Assembly (NCBI GenBank): GCA_017441925.1 | Contig: JAFRUE010000016.1 | Span: 5,269-69,268, forward strand | Direction of reading: 5' to 3' | Source of the DNA: Bacillota bacterium | GTDB lineage: Bacteria > Bacillota > Clostridia > Lachnospirales > Bianqueaceae | Length of the DNA: 64,000 nucleotides | Shown here: positions 1 through 10,109 of the stretch, piece after piece | How positions within the stretch are numbered: position 1 is the stretch's first letter | Layout of the letters: each line of letters begins with the position of its first letter | The notes under the pieces: generated by a model | The model's input: the letters and a program-made list of their open reading frames with translations, nothing else | Databases searched by the model: none | Told to the model about the DNA's origin: nothing | Made by a program: the position numbers and the translations under genes

Positions 1-431
1 AAAAGCTCGTCACGAAGCGTTTTCATGATGCCCTGGGAGATTCCGATCATCGTTCTCTGCTGTGTGTAGTTCGCCACAACGCCGATCAGATAGACCGCCG
101 CCATTTTGGCAAGTGACAGCGCCAGCGTATTCAGATCCGTATTCGCGATCAGGCCGTTGATGATCGGACGCAGCATGTAGGAACCGAGCAGATTCGCGCC
201 TGTCGAAACAAGCACGCACAGCAGTGCCAGCGCAAGCTGCGGCTTGTACTTACCGATGTAGCTGAACATCCGGATCATCGTACCCTTGCGGTTCTGCGGC
301 TTGCCGGTCATCATGGCGCCGCGGGGGCCTCCGCCCGGGCCGCCTCCGCGCCCGCCCGGAGCCTTACCGATGGACTGATACTTCTTGGACAGTTCTTCCA
401 GAGGTCTTACATATTGCTGTTTTTTACTCAT
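1..431 (-). CDS. ABC transporter permease/ATP-binding protein, N-terminal part only (runs off left edge)
   Basis: ATG at 431..429 lies 1 nt downstream of the stop of the 433..2172 ABC gene. It reads MSKKQQYVRPLEELSKKYQ..., then a Gly-rich stretch and hydrophobic TM segments, and stays open to position 1. Typical second half of a heterodimeric exporter pair. Absent from the ORF track because it is truncated. Confidence 0.75.
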   Translation of the reverse strand, partial: MSKKQQYVRPLEELSKKYQSIGKAPGGRGGGPGGGPRGAMMTGKPQNRKGTMIRMFSYIGKYKPQLALALLCVLVSTGANLLGSYMLRPIINGLIANTDLNTLALSLAKMAAVYLIGVVANYTQQRTMIGISQGIMKTLRDEL

Positions 432-432
432 A

Positions 433-2172
433 TCAGTCACCTGCCTCCTTATTTCTGTCCTGCTGCGAGTAATAGATCTCCTGGTATTCCTTGTTGGAAG
501 CCAGCAGATCTTCATGTGTACCGCGTCCGACGATCCTGCCTTCATCAATGACAAGGATCTGGTCCGCGTCTCTGACAGAACTGATACGCTGAGCGATAAT
601 GATCTTGGTCGTATCCTTGAGCGTTGTCCGGAAAGCCTCACGGATCCGCGCTTCGGTAGCGGTATCGACCGCACTCGTGGAATCGTCGAGGATCAGGATC
701 TTAGGATGCTTCAGCAAAGCTCTGGCAATACAGAGACGCTGCTTCTGACCGCCGGATACATTGGTTCCGCCCTGTCCGAGTTCGGTATCGTAGCCAGCCT
801 TGAATCCTTTGATGAATTCCTGTGCCTGCGCGGCATCGGCTGCCGCCGCGAGCTCTTCCTCTGTCGCGGTGCCGTCGCCCCAGAGGAGATTATCCTTGAT
901 CGTTCCGGAGAAAAGCAGATTGTTCTGCAGGACCATTCCGACGCCTTCACGCAGATTCTCCAGCGAATAATCGCGGACATCCACGCCGTCGACAAGGACC
1001 TGTCCCTCGTCGACGTCATACAGACGCGGGATTAGCTGGACCATGGTCGTCTTGCCGCTTCCGGTCGAGCCGATAATACCAAGCACCTGTCCCGGTTTCG
1101 CGTCAAAACTGATATGATCGAGGACCCATTCCTGATGATCCTTATAATAACGGAAGCAGACGTCTCTGAATTCGACCTCGCCGCGCGCGACCTCAAGATC
1201 CTTGCACGCCGCGTTCTCATCGGTCAGATCAAGCTTCTCTTCCATAACTTCTTTAATACGGTGAGAAGAAGCGGACGCTCTCGAGAACTGCATTACGATC
1301 ATCGAAAGCATCATCAGCGACATCAGGATCTGTACAACGTAAGTCGTGAAAGCCGTCAGATCGCCGACCTGCATGCTGCCGACGATGACCTGTTTGCCGC
1401 CGAACCATACGACCGCCAGAGTCGTGATGTTCATGGCAAGGGTCATGACCGGGAATGTGAAAATGATCAGGCGCAGTGCTTTCAGCGTATGATCCCGCAG
1501 ATCCGTCGTTTTCTGCTCAAAGCGTTCCCTCTCGTAATCTTCGCGGACAAAGGATTTGATGACCCTGACGTTGGTCAGATTCTCCTGGACGCCCGTATTC
1601 AGCGCGTCGATCTTGCCCTGCATCGCGATGAAACGCGGGAACGCATGGCTCGTAATGTAATAGATCGTGCCTCCGAGGATCGGGACCATCGCCGCGATGA
1701 TGAGTGAGAGTCTCGCGTTGATCCTGAGCGCCATAATGATCGCTCCGATCATCATTCCAGGCGCGCGGAGCATCATGATCATGCACATACGCGTAAAATT
1801 CTGCAGCTGGGTCACGTCATTGGTCAGCCTTGTGACAAGGGATCCGGTCTGAAAATGGTCCACGTTCGCGAAAGAATAGGACTGGACCTTTCTGTACAGA
1901 TCCGACCGCAGGTCCGACGAGAATCCGATCGTCGCCCTGCATGCAAAATAGTTGCCGCCGACACCGCCGATCATCATGATAAGCGCGATACCGGCCATGG
2001 CCAGGCCCATGCTTATAATGTAGGAAGTGTCCCCGTTCGGGATTCCGTTATTGATGATGTTCGCCATCATCTTGGGCATCAGGACCTCTCCGATGACTTC
2101 GGACAGCATCAGAATCGGTCCGAAGATGAAGAAGATTCTGTACGGCTTTATGTATTTTCCGTAAAATTTCAT
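433..2172 (-). CDS. ABC transporter ATP-binding/permease fusion (multidrug/lipid exporter type)
   Basis: 579 aa with an N-terminal 6-TM domain. Walker A GSTGSGKTT, signature VSGGQKQR, Walker B ILILDDSTSA. Confidence 0.92.
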   Translation of the reverse strand: MKFYGKYIKPYRIFFIFGPILMLSEVIGEVLMPKMMANIINNGIPNGDTSYIISMGLAMAGIALIMMIGGVGGNYFACRATIGFSSDLRSDLYRKVQSYSFANVDHFQTGSLVTRLTNDVTQLQNFTRMCMIMMLRAPGMMIGAIIMALRINARLSLIIAAMVPILGGTIYYITSHAFPRFIAMQGKIDALNTGVQENLTNVRVIKSFVREDYERERFEQKTTDLRDHTLKALRLIIFTFPVMTLAMNITTLAVVWFGGKQVIVGSMQVGDLTAFTTYVVQILMSLMMLSMIVMQFSRASASSHRIKEVMEEKLDLTDENAACKDLEVARGEVEFRDVCFRYYKDHQEWVLDHISFDAKPGQVLGIIGSTGSGKTTMVQLIPRLYDVDEGQVLVDGVDVRDYSLENLREGVGMVLQNNLLFSGTIKDNLLWGDGTATEEELAAAADAAQAQEFIKGFKAGYDTELGQGGTNVSGGQKQRLCIARALLKHPKILILDDSTSAVDTATEARIREAFRTTLKDTTKIIIAQRISSVRDADQILVIDEGRIVGRGTHEDLLASNKEYQEIYYSQQDRNKEAGD

Positions 2173-2678
2173 GCGTTTTCCTCTTCCTTTCCTTTATTCA
2201 GAACAGACTGGAGGTTGCTCCGGATCCTGGTGAGCATCCGGGCGGATTCTTCCAGCTCCGCGTCCGGGATACCGGCATACATACTGTCGATAAACTCCCC
2301 GAAGATCCTGTGGCTTTCCGTCACGACATCCCATCCCTTCGCGGTCAGAGTGACCTCGTAATATCGCGCGTCTGTCTCGTTGATCTTTTTCTCGACATAG
2401 CCGCCCTGTACCAGCTTCTTGACCGAAGCCGCCACAGACGCGGGAGAAATATGCAGTGTCTCCGCAATATCCTTCTGTGAAGAGTTTTCGTGATCCGACA
2501 GATACATCAGAATGTGATGCTGCGCCCGGAACACATCCGTTGTGCGCAGCGCCTGCTCAACCACCCGCAGTTCCAGAAAATGGATCTCCCGGCTGAGCGA
2601 ATGATACTGCTCTCTGCTGGTCAGCCGCCGTTCATCCGGATCTGTCCCGGATATGGCGGCCGGGGTTTTATTTCCCAT
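2169..2678 (-). CDS. MarR family transcriptional regulator
   Basis: Winged-helix MarR-like sequence (HHILMYLSDHENSSQKDIAETLHISPASVAASVKKLVQGGYVEK). ATGA overlap with the downstream ABC gene. I prefer the start at 2678 (MGNK...), which follows GGAAAGGAAGGA; the ORF is open to 2717. Confidence 0.85.
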   Translation of the reverse strand: MGNKTPAAISGTDPDERRLTSREQYHSLSREIHFLELRVVEQALRTTDVFRAQHHILMYLSDHENSSQKDIAETLHISPASVAASVKKLVQGGYVEKKINETDARYYEVTLTAKGWDVVTESHRIFGEFIDSMYAGIPDAELEESARMLTRIRSNLQSVLNKGKEEENA

Positions 2679-2875
2679 CCTATCCTTCCTTTCCTGATGG
2701 ATTCCGCCTGCATACACAGGCCGCTAACTGTTAAAACGTTGATAGTTCGGAAGCAAATAATAAACCAGTTAACTATTCATATGTTTATTATAAAACTACC
2801 GCAGGGCAGCTGTCAATATATATTTCAGAAAAGTAATATATTTTGGCCGCTCTGTTTTTTTCTTGCGGTCCATGA

Positions 2876-2904
2876 TTGAAAAACTCCGGCCGATGCCTTA
2901 TAAT
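2876..2904 (+). promoter_or_regulatory. sigma-A-like promoter for dfx
   Basis: TTGAAA (2876-2881), 17-nt spacer, TATAAT (2899-2904), about 40 nt upstream of the dfx start. Confidence 0.5.
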
Positions 2905-2947
2905 ATAAGAAGAAACATCCGTATTATCGAATTCAGGAGGTATGATT

Positions 2948-3325
2948 ATGGAAACAAGATTTTATATCTGCCGTAAATGCGGCAATCTGGCAGGAATGAT
3001 CAAAAAGGGCGCCTGCACGCCCCGCTGCTGTGGCGAAGAGATGGAACCGCTCGTTCCCAACACGGTAGAAGCCAGCCAGGAGAAGCATCTCCCTGTCGTT
3101 ACGGTCGAGAACGGCGTGGTCAGTGTCAACGTCGGATCCGCGGATCATCCGATGCTGCCCGAGCATTTCATCGAATGGGTCTATCTGCAGACCGATAAGG
3201 GCGGCCAGCGTAAGGTTCTGAATCCGGGAGACGCCCCGCATGTAACGTTCTGCCTCGGCGAAGACAAGCCGATCGCTGTATTCGCGTACTGCAATCTCCA
3301 CGGACTGTGGAAGACCGAGCTGTAA
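2948..3325 (+). CDS. dfx: desulfoferrodoxin (class I superoxide reductase)
   Basis: N-terminal desulforedoxin-like CxxC...CC motif (CRKCGN...PRCCGEEM). C-terminal SOR domain with His/Cys ligands (HPMLPEHFIEW, YCNLHGLW). AGGAGG at 2935-2940 favours the ATG at 2948 over 2942. Confidence 0.9.
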   Translation: METRFYICRKCGNLAGMIKKGACTPRCCGEEMEPLVPNTVEASQEKHLPVVTVENGVVSVNVGSADHPMLPEHFIEWVYLQTDKGGQRKVLNPGDAPHVTFCLGEDKPIAVFAYCNLHGLWKTEL

Positions 3326-3370
3326 GCTGGTCCGGCTCGCCGCCTGACATGGCGGGTATCTCATAACAGC

Positions 3371-3426
3371 AAAAGGCTGTGAGGCTCCGGGACTTATGAT
3401 CCCGGCTGCCTTCACAGCCTTTTTTG
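3371..3426. terminator. bidirectional intrinsic terminator between convergent dfx and oxidoreductase genes
   Basis: Long hairpin AAAAGGCTGTGAGG...CCTTCACAGCC with inner stem CCGGGA/TCCCGG, followed by TTTTTT. Confidence 0.7.
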
Positions 3427-3465
3427 CATTCATTTCCGCGCCCGCCGGCAGCGGGCTGCCTAATG

Positions 3466-4548
3466 TCAGATCTCCACAAAGCGCGGAAGCTTCTCCGCGT
3501 TCTGTTTATGTGCCTCGTCCATGACGATCATCTGCTTCATGATCTGCTCATGCGTGATCGGGAACGGCGTACCCTTGTCCATCATGTCGTAGAAGGCACG
3601 ATAGAACGCAAGGCCCTTGTACTGTCCATCGTTTGCCTCAAGGCCCTCCGCTGTCCACTCCTCTTCGTGGAAGGTCAGCTTCTCCGAGCAGTACATCGGC
3701 GCGCCGTCTTCTTTGCGGAGCGTCTCCAGCGTCAGCTTCTGCGGCTTCTGTTCAGCCTCCACATAATACTTCCACTCCAGATGCTTCGTGTTGCCGTGCA
3801 GCGTGCCGCGCGTTCCCTGGATCAGATACTGATCATGCGGGAAAGCATTGGTGGACGTGATTTCCACATCACCGACCGGAGCTCCGGGAGCGGTGAGAAG
3901 CATTTTAACATAATCCTCCGCATCGCCGTACGTATGCGCTCTGTCGAAAACAGCCCTGACTTCGATACCCTCCGGGAAACCCATCAGATCCAGCGTCTGA
4001 TCGACCGGATGCGGTCCCGTGTTGAAAAGACTGCCGCCCTGCATCGCCTGTACCGTCTGCCAGTCCCAGCGCCTGCCGAATCCGTCGTAATTCGCGGTGA
4101 TCTGTAGGATGCGTCCGAGCACGCCGGAGGCTATAACGTCTTTGATCTTAATAAACGACGGCGAGAAGCGGTACTGCTGGAAGACGTAATAGAACCTGCC
4201 TGTCTTCTCGCTGGCTTCCAGGATCTTCGCGAACTGCTCCGTCCCGTTCGCGGCCGGCTTCTCCGACAGCACATTGAATCCGTGTTCCATCAGATCGATG
4301 GAGATCGGCCCGTGATCTTTGCTGTATGACGCGTTGATCACGAAATCCAGATCCGTCCTGTCGAAAAGCTCCTTGTAATCCGCGCAGACTTCGGCATCCG
4401 TCTCTTTGCGGATCATCTCGCGGCGTCCGGCGTCTTCATCCACGATCGCCACGATCTCATACAGATCCGGCAGCTGCTTCAACAGTCCGACATGGATATC
4501 GCGGCCGCTCCGTCCGTACCCGATAATTGCCACCCGATACTTCTTCAT
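3466..4548 (-). CDS. Gfo/Idh/MocA family oxidoreductase
   Basis: 360 aa. N-terminal Rossmann motif VAIIGYGRSGRDIH, EKP motif (LSEKPAA), typical family length. Confidence 0.85.
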   Translation of the reverse strand: MKKYRVAIIGYGRSGRDIHVGLLKQLPDLYEIVAIVDEDAGRREMIRKETDAEVCADYKELFDRTDLDFVINASYSKDHGPISIDLMEHGFNVLSEKPAANGTEQFAKILEASEKTGRFYYVFQQYRFSPSFIKIKDVIASGVLGRILQITANYDGFGRRWDWQTVQAMQGGSLFNTGPHPVDQTLDLMGFPEGIEVRAVFDRAHTYGDAEDYVKMLLTAPGAPVGDVEITSTNAFPHDQYLIQGTRGTLHGNTKHLEWKYYVEAEQKPQKLTLETLRKEDGAPMYCSEKLTFHEEEWTAEGLEANDGQYKGLAFYRAFYDMMDKGTPFPITHEQIMKQMIVMDEAHKQNAEKLPRFVEI

Positions 4549-5705
4549 TCTGTTACCTTCTTTCTATTAATCCGGTTCCATTTCTCCCGGATCGAATTCA
4601 TGATTCTCTGCAGCGTCTCGTCATAGTTGTCCGCGATCGTATCCTTGCTCGCGGAGAAAGCCCGGCCGAGCGACCGCAGGGCTTCCTTGCGCTGCTCCGG
4701 ATCCATCTCCCGCACCGCGCGGAAGATGGCCATATAGGATTCCACCGGATTCGCGTTGAGCTCGGCGATCGTATCCGCTCCCGAGGCTTCGATCGACTCA
4801 AAGACGCTGTTTACCAGATTCCGGCGTTCTTCCAATGTCAGGCTGCCGAGCCACCGGTCCGTCATCTCATCCATAAAAACGCTTCTGCCCGACTGTTTGT
4901 CCGCCTTTACGAAACGCGTCCCCAGCACTTCCCAGGTATAGGGATTGTGCTGCTGAATGCCGGCGGCCGTACTGCGGATCACCTGGCGTTCTTTCGGATC
5001 CGACAGCAGGATTCCGATCATCGAGGACTCCGGTATAATGTCCTGAATGCGGTTCTCGATCCGCTTGAACGGCTCTGAATTCACGGTCTCTGCAGCAAAA
5101 CCCGGCCCGTCGTTGGAATAGACCGTCAGAATGCGCCTCTGGACCTCTTCATCGCAGAAAGCCGCCGCGTACACCGCAAGGTTGCCGCCTTTGGAATGAC
5201 CGCCCACGCGCAGTGAACAGTCACTGCCGGCCGCGCTGCTGTTCAGATAGCGGACCGCTTCATTCTGTCCCGGCGTTTCCGTCAGATAGGTCGTATTGAA
5301 ATCCTCCCGCCAGCCGACGATCGTCGCGTCCGTCCCGCGGAAAGCCACGTATTCGGTCCCGTCCTCCAGGAAAAACCGGCAGGCGCTGAACTGTATCTCC
5401 TGTCCCGGATCGATGATATTCATATACCCGCCGACTCTCACATCGCGGAAGCGTTCGCTGACCGCAGCCGCGGCAAGCATCTGAAAGGCATCATTTGCAT
5501 TGCCCTTTACCCCGTGGCCCAGACGTTCATATTCAGCGCAGAGTTTCTCGATACTGACCGTTTCACTGCTCTCCGGACCCGGCACGATATCCTCCATCCG
5601 GGCATAGGCGAGCTCCGCAAGGATCAGGTTGTCGATATCGTTAAACGGCGCTTTCCGGAAGCTGAGATCGCCTCTCCAGTCCAGATAGTCTATAATATTC
5701 GCCAT
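4545..5705 (-). CDS. DUF2974 (Mbeg1-like) alpha/beta-hydrolase family protein
   Basis: N-terminus MANIIDYLDWRGDLSF...DIDNLILAELAYARMEDIV is characteristic of DUF2974. Nucleophile-elbow-like GHSKGG. ATGA overlap with the downstream gene. Confidence 0.75.
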   Translation of the reverse strand: MANIIDYLDWRGDLSFRKAPFNDIDNLILAELAYARMEDIVPGPESSETVSIEKLCAEYERLGHGVKGNANDAFQMLAAAAVSERFRDVRVGGYMNIIDPGQEIQFSACRFFLEDGTEYVAFRGTDATIVGWREDFNTTYLTETPGQNEAVRYLNSSAAGSDCSLRVGGHSKGGNLAVYAAAFCDEEVQRRILTVYSNDGPGFAAETVNSEPFKRIENRIQDIIPESSMIGILLSDPKERQVIRSTAAGIQQHNPYTWEVLGTRFVKADKQSGRSVFMDEMTDRWLGSLTLEERRNLVNSVFESIEASGADTIAELNANPVESYMAIFRAVREMDPEQRKEALRSLGRAFSASKDTIADNYDETLQRIMNSIREKWNRINRKKVTE

Positions 5706-5725
5706 AACCTTGCCGTCCGGCTGCT

Positions 5726-6403
5726 TTAGCTGATCTGTAGGCTCTGCAGGACAGGGACCAGTCTGTCAAGGACGGTCTTATAGCCGTTCGCGTACATATG
5801 CATGCCTTCGATCGTATACTCGGCTTTCAGATTGCCTTTCTCATCATACAGACCGCCGTTCAGATCAATGTACTCCAGACCCATATCGGCCGCAAGCTTC
5901 TCTACGGCCTTATTGGCAGAGAGGATCCGGGCATTGGTTCTGTGCTCGAAGACCGCCTTCATCTGCGGAATCGCCGCTTCCGGATTGACCGGATAGTAGG
6001 CGAGCATAATGATCCGCGCCTCAGGCAGACGCGCTTTGATCGTCTCAAGGATCCCGCGGTAGCGGCTGATCAGGCCTGCTTCCTCATAATCCGGGCCGTT
6101 CAGGTCATTGGTCCCGATATTGATAAAGATCACCTTAGGCTCCAGCTGGAAAACGCACTCTTCCAGATGCGCCGCCATCTCCGTCGTCGTATAGCCGCCG
6201 ATACCGCGGTTATAGATCGTATACGGCAGATCATAGTCCAGCAGAAACTCATAGATCGGGAACTGCTCCATCAGGCTGGATCCCGCAAAAAGGATCTGTC
6301 CCTTTTTGACGAATCGATTCAGGCGGCGGAAGCGCTCGACCTTGTCGTTTTTCTGATATACCTGCCAATTCTGCATGAACTCCTGTCTTTCCTGGTCTGT
6401 CAT
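5726..6403 (-). CDS. SGNH/GDSL hydrolase family protein
   Basis: Block I FAGSS, block III GTNDL, about 225 aa. Confidence 0.8.
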   Translation of the reverse strand: MTDQERQEFMQNWQVYQKNDKVERFRRLNRFVKKGQILFAGSSLMEQFPIYEFLLDYDLPYTIYNRGIGGYTTTEMAAHLEECVFQLEPKVIFINIGTNDLNGPDYEEAGLISRYRGILETIKARLPEARIIMLAYYPVNPEAAIPQMKAVFEHRTNARILSANKAVEKLAADMGLEYIDLNGGLYDEKGNLKAEYTIEGMHMYANGYKTVLDRLVPVLQSLQIS

Positions 6404-6422
6404 CAGTATTCCTCCTTACTCG

Positions 6423-7517
6423 TTATACATTGAAACGGAACAGTACAACGTCTCCGTCTTTCATGATGTATTCCTTGCCCTCGGAACGGACAAGTCCCTT
6501 CTCCTTGGCGGCCGCGTTGCTCCCGCAGGCGACCAGATCGTCATAAGCCACGACCTCCGCGCGGATAAAGCCTCTCTCAAAATCCGAATGGATCTTGCCG
6601 GCTGCCTGCGGCGCTTTGGTGCCCTTGCGGATCGTCCACGCGCGGGTCTCATCATGGCCTGTCGTCAGATAACTGATCAGTCCGAGCAGATCGTAGCTTG
6701 CTGTAATCATGCGGTCGAGACCGGAAGAAGAGAGCCCCATTTCCTCCAGGTATTCCTGCTTCTCATCATCGTCGAGCATCGCGATCTCTTCCTCGATCTT
6801 GGCGCAGACGACGAAGACCTGCTCGCCGTGATCCGCCGCGAACTTGCGGACGGCCTGTACCTGCGGATTATTCGCGCCGTCATCCGCCAGATCGTCCTCC
6901 TCCACATTAGCAGCATAGATAACAGGTTTTGCCGTCAACAGATCAAAAGAATCCATGATCTTCTGCTCTTCTTCCGTCAGAACAGCCGTCTTGGCGCGCT
7001 GGCCGTTGTTCAGAACTTCGCGCACTTTATCGATCACTTCAAGTTCCGCCTCCAGTGATTTGTCCCCGCGTACAGCCTTGGCTGTCCGGGCCTTGCGGCG
7101 CTCGAGCGTCTCGATGTCCGCGAAGATCAGCTCCAGATTGATCGTATCAATATCGCGCATCGCGTCGACAGTCCCGTCGACATGGATCACGTCATCGTCC
7201 TCAAAACAGCGGACGACATGGACGATCGCGTCGACTTCCCGGATATGGGACAGGAACTGGTTGCCCAGACCCTCTCCTTTGCTCGCGCCCTTGACCAGTC
7301 CCGCGATATCGACGAATTCGATCACAGCCGGTGTAGTCTTTACAGAATCGGACATTTTAGTCAGTACGTCCAGCCGCGGATCCGGCACCGGAACGATGCC
7401 CACATTAGGCTCGATCGTGCAGAACGGATAGTTGGCCGCGGCCGCGCCCGCCTTGGTCATGCAGTTGAAAAGTGTACTTTTCCCGACATTTGGAAGTCCG
7501 ACGATTCCTAATTTCAT
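6423..7517 (-). CDS. ychF: redox-regulated ATPase YchF
   Basis: MKLGIVGLPNVGKSTLFN P-loop, 364 aa, conserved C-terminal TGS-like end (VVLFRFNV). Confidence 0.95.
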   Translation of the reverse strand: MKLGIVGLPNVGKSTLFNCMTKAGAAAANYPFCTIEPNVGIVPVPDPRLDVLTKMSDSVKTTPAVIEFVDIAGLVKGASKGEGLGNQFLSHIREVDAIVHVVRCFEDDDVIHVDGTVDAMRDIDTINLELIFADIETLERRKARTAKAVRGDKSLEAELEVIDKVREVLNNGQRAKTAVLTEEEQKIMDSFDLLTAKPVIYAANVEEDDLADDGANNPQVQAVRKFAADHGEQVFVVCAKIEEEIAMLDDDEKQEYLEEMGLSSSGLDRMITASYDLLGLISYLTTGHDETRAWTIRKGTKAPQAAGKIHSDFERGFIRAEVVAYDDLVACGSNAAAKEKGLVRSEGKEYIMKDGDVVLFRFNV

Positions 7518-7619
7518 ATCTGTATATTCTCCTTTGTTGTCTTATTCTTATCTGAACCGATTATACCATAACCTGCCGGTTCGCTCAATCTTTTTAAATC
7601 CAAAAATCACCTTTTCCTC

Positions 7620-7648
7620 TTGCCGTTTTCCGCAAAACCCGCTATACT
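7620..7648 (+). promoter_or_regulatory. candidate promoter for purC
   Basis: TTGCCG, 17-nt spacer, TATACT, about 95 nt upstream of purC. Confidence 0.4.
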
Positions 7649-7740
7649 GAATACGGTCGGGCCGGAGGCGAGAATATCTGCCGCTTTTCTGTTTCCGACG
7701 CTACTCTATCCACCCATTCCATATCCATAGTGAGGTATTT

Positions 7741-8619
7741 ATGAGTACAGATTTAAAACCCATTAAAGAAGGCAAGGTCCGTGAGATCTATGACAACGGC
7801 GACAGTCTGATCATGGTCGCGACTGACCGCATCAGCTGTTTTGACGTGATCCTCAAGAACACGATCCGCAAGAAAGGAACCGTTCTGACCCAGATGTCCC
7901 GTTTCTGGTTCAATATGACGTCCGACATCGTTCCGAACCATATGATCTCCACGGACGTGAACGATATGCCGGAATTCTTCCGCAAGCCTGAATACACCGG
8001 CAATTCCATGATGTGCCGCAAGCTGACGATGATCCCGATCGAGTGCATCGTGCGCGGCTACATCACCGGCAGCGGCTGGGCCAGCTATCAGAAGACCGGC
8101 AAGGTCTGCGGCATCACGCTTCCCGAGGGACTGCGCGAATCCGACAAACTGCCTGAGCCGATCTATACTCCGTCCACCAAGGCTGAGATCGGCGATCACG
8201 ACGAGAACATCTCCTTTGAACGCAGCATCGAAGTCCTGGAGAAAGCTTTCCCGGGACACGGTCAGGATTACGCCGAGAAGATCCGTGACTATACCATCGC
8301 GCTGTATAAGCGCTGCGCGGATTACGCGCTGACCCGCGGCATCATCATTGCCGACACCAAGTTCGAGTTCGGTCTCGACGAGGCCGGCAACATCGTACTC
8401 GGCGACGAAATGCTGACACCCGACAGTTCCCGCTTCTGGCCCGCCGAGGGCTACGAGCCCGGCCACAGCCAGCCCTCCTTCGACAAGCAGTTTGCCCGCG
8501 ACTGGCTGAAGAGCCACGAGGGCGAGCACGACTGGCAGCTACCCGAGGAGATCGCGCAGAAGACGATCGACAAATATCTGGAGGGTTACGAGCTGCTGAC
8601 CGGCAAGCCGCTGGAGTAA
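7741..8619 (+). CDS. purC: phosphoribosylaminoimidazole-succinocarboxamide (SAICAR) synthase
   Basis: 292 aa. EGKVREIYD...LIMVATDRISCFDV and ADTKFEFG motifs are typical of long-form PurC. Confidence 0.93.
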   Translation: MSTDLKPIKEGKVREIYDNGDSLIMVATDRISCFDVILKNTIRKKGTVLTQMSRFWFNMTSDIVPNHMISTDVNDMPEFFRKPEYTGNSMMCRKLTMIPIECIVRGYITGSGWASYQKTGKVCGITLPEGLRESDKLPEPIYTPSTKAEIGDHDENISFERSIEVLEKAFPGHGQDYAEKIRDYTIALYKRCADYALTRGIIIADTKFEFGLDEAGNIVLGDEMLTPDSSRFWPAEGYEPGHSQPSFDKQFARDWLKSHEGEHDWQLPEEIAQKTIDKYLEGYELLTGKPLE

Positions 8620-8704
8620 GCTCCTCACAGCATAAGCTTGTTTCGGTAAACACTAACCCTGGTGAAGCCACCCTGAGGCCGCATGTCTTGACAGACTGCA
8701 TAAC

Positions 8705-8755
8705 AAAAGCTTCCGGAAGCCCTGCGATTCAGCAGTGCACCGGAAGCTTTTTTCT
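8705..8755 (+). terminator. intrinsic terminator after purC
   Basis: AAGCTTCCGG (8707-8716) pairs with CCGGAAGCTT (8740-8749), followed by TTTTTT. Confidence 0.75.
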
Positions 8756-8817
8756 TTCTTGGTCCTGCAGGTTTTAAGAAACGCTGTAAAAATCTCTGTA
8801 TCGGCTTTATCTGATCT

Positions 8818-9171
8818 TTACAATCTTGGCATATACAGCCATGCGGCCTGTTCCGTCATCATCTGTACATAGTTCAGATAATCTTCATCTCCGCAAAACT
8901 CAAACCAGATATAATCATCATCGATCCGTCCAGCATCGAATGTCCGTAGATCACACAATTGCGGCTTACACCCCATACGCAGCCAGCCTTTTACATCCGG
9001 ATTGATCTCAAGCAGCTGTGTAAAATCATATTCCGGAATATCCTCTTCTATTGTATTGCTTAGCGGATATGCTTCCGGTTCAGTCCATTCATTGCTGTCC
9101 AGAGAATCATCTGCAGACTCATTTTCTGTCTTTTCCGGTGAAGATACGGCAGCGGGTACGGTTTCTTTCAC
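8818..9171 (-). CDS. hypothetical acidic protein; possible class B sortase remnant
   Basis: 117 aa in a locally lower-GC patch. The segment DFTQLLEINPDVKGWL resembles the conserved N-terminal NPD..GW motif of class B sortases, but the catalytic core is missing. Confidence 0.4.
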   Translation of the reverse strand: MKETVPAAVSSPEKTENESADDSLDSNEWTEPEAYPLSNTIEEDIPEYDFTQLLEINPDVKGWLRMGCKPQLCDLRTFDAGRIDDDYIWFEFCGDEDYLNYVQMMTEQAAWLYMPRL

Positions 9172-9197
9172 CCTCCTTTGCTATATTTCATCCGGCT

Positions 9198-10079
9198 TCA
9201 GCCGAGCCGCCGCTGTGCTTCCGCGAAAATCTCCGGTGCGAGCGGTCCTCTCTCCGCGACGCGGATATTTGCCACGATATGCGCAGGGTTCTCGGAGCCG
9301 ATGATCGCGGTCCCGACGCCCGGTTGGGTCAGTGCATAGCGCACCAGGAAACCGTTCACATCCTCGCCCTCGTCAAAAAGCTCTTCCAGCCGTGCCTCGT
9401 GGATCCTGTCCTCATAGCTCGCATAGTAGCGCTTCAGTACGCCGCGGACGATCACGCCCAGGCCTTGTTCATTGTACCGCACGATATCCGGCGCTGTCTG
9501 CGGTGTCAGTCCGCCAAAAACAACCTGGATCGTGTCAAATACTCCCCAGGACGCGATCTCCGGGCCATACAGCAGAGCATGATGGTTCGGATAAGCCGGA
9601 TCCGTATCTTTGCCGTTTTTGAAACTGATGCCGATCGCGCCGACCTTGCCGGATTTTTTCGCGTCCAGCATGAACCGGATCGTCGGATCCAGCGCTTTTC
9701 CCGGCAGATCCGGAGGTGTCGCGCAGTGCAGCTGCCACAGATCGATGTGATCGGTACGGAGTTTGCGCAGGCTGTCTTCCAGATTGACCGCAAGCTGCTC
9801 CGGTGTAAAAATATGGTCCAGACCGCTGCCGCTCAGGTTGCAGGCGCATTTTGTCGCCAGCACATATTCATTCCGCCGGTGTGAGAGGAACTGCCCGATC
9901 ATTGTTTCGCTGAGTTTATAGTCCTGCGACGTATCGATAAAACGGATCCCGTTGTCAAGCACTGTGTTCAGGATCGTTTCCGCCCGCTTCGGGTCGTTAA
10001 AATTGCGGAGCTCCATGGCGCCATAGCCGAGAGCCGTCACTTTCAGCCCGCTCCGGCCGAGAATTCTTTCTTCCAGCAT
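9198..10079 (-). CDS. aldo/keto reductase
   Basis: 293 aa. RILGRSGLKVTALGYGAMEL and IRFIDTSQDY are typical AKR N-terminal motifs. Confidence 0.88.
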   Translation of the reverse strand: MLEERILGRSGLKVTALGYGAMELRNFNDPKRAETILNTVLDNGIRFIDTSQDYKLSETMIGQFLSHRRNEYVLATKCACNLSGSGLDHIFTPEQLAVNLEDSLRKLRTDHIDLWQLHCATPPDLPGKALDPTIRFMLDAKKSGKVGAIGISFKNGKDTDPAYPNHHALLYGPEIASWGVFDTIQVVFGGLTPQTAPDIVRYNEQGLGVIVRGVLKRYYASYEDRIHEARLEELFDEGEDVNGFLVRYALTQPGVGTAIIGSENPAHIVANIRVAERGPLAPEIFAEAQRRLG

Positions 10080-10109
10080 GATCGGTGTCCCCCTTCGGTC
10101 CTATATCTG

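Noticed and set aside
7518-7740. Looked for a purine or ZTP (pfl) riboswitch upstream of purC.
   Set aside because: Neither the purine-aptamer core (UAUAAU...CUACC...GACUAUG-type junction) nor the ZTP CCGCCUGGGC-type motif is present. Only a promoter-like element is seen.
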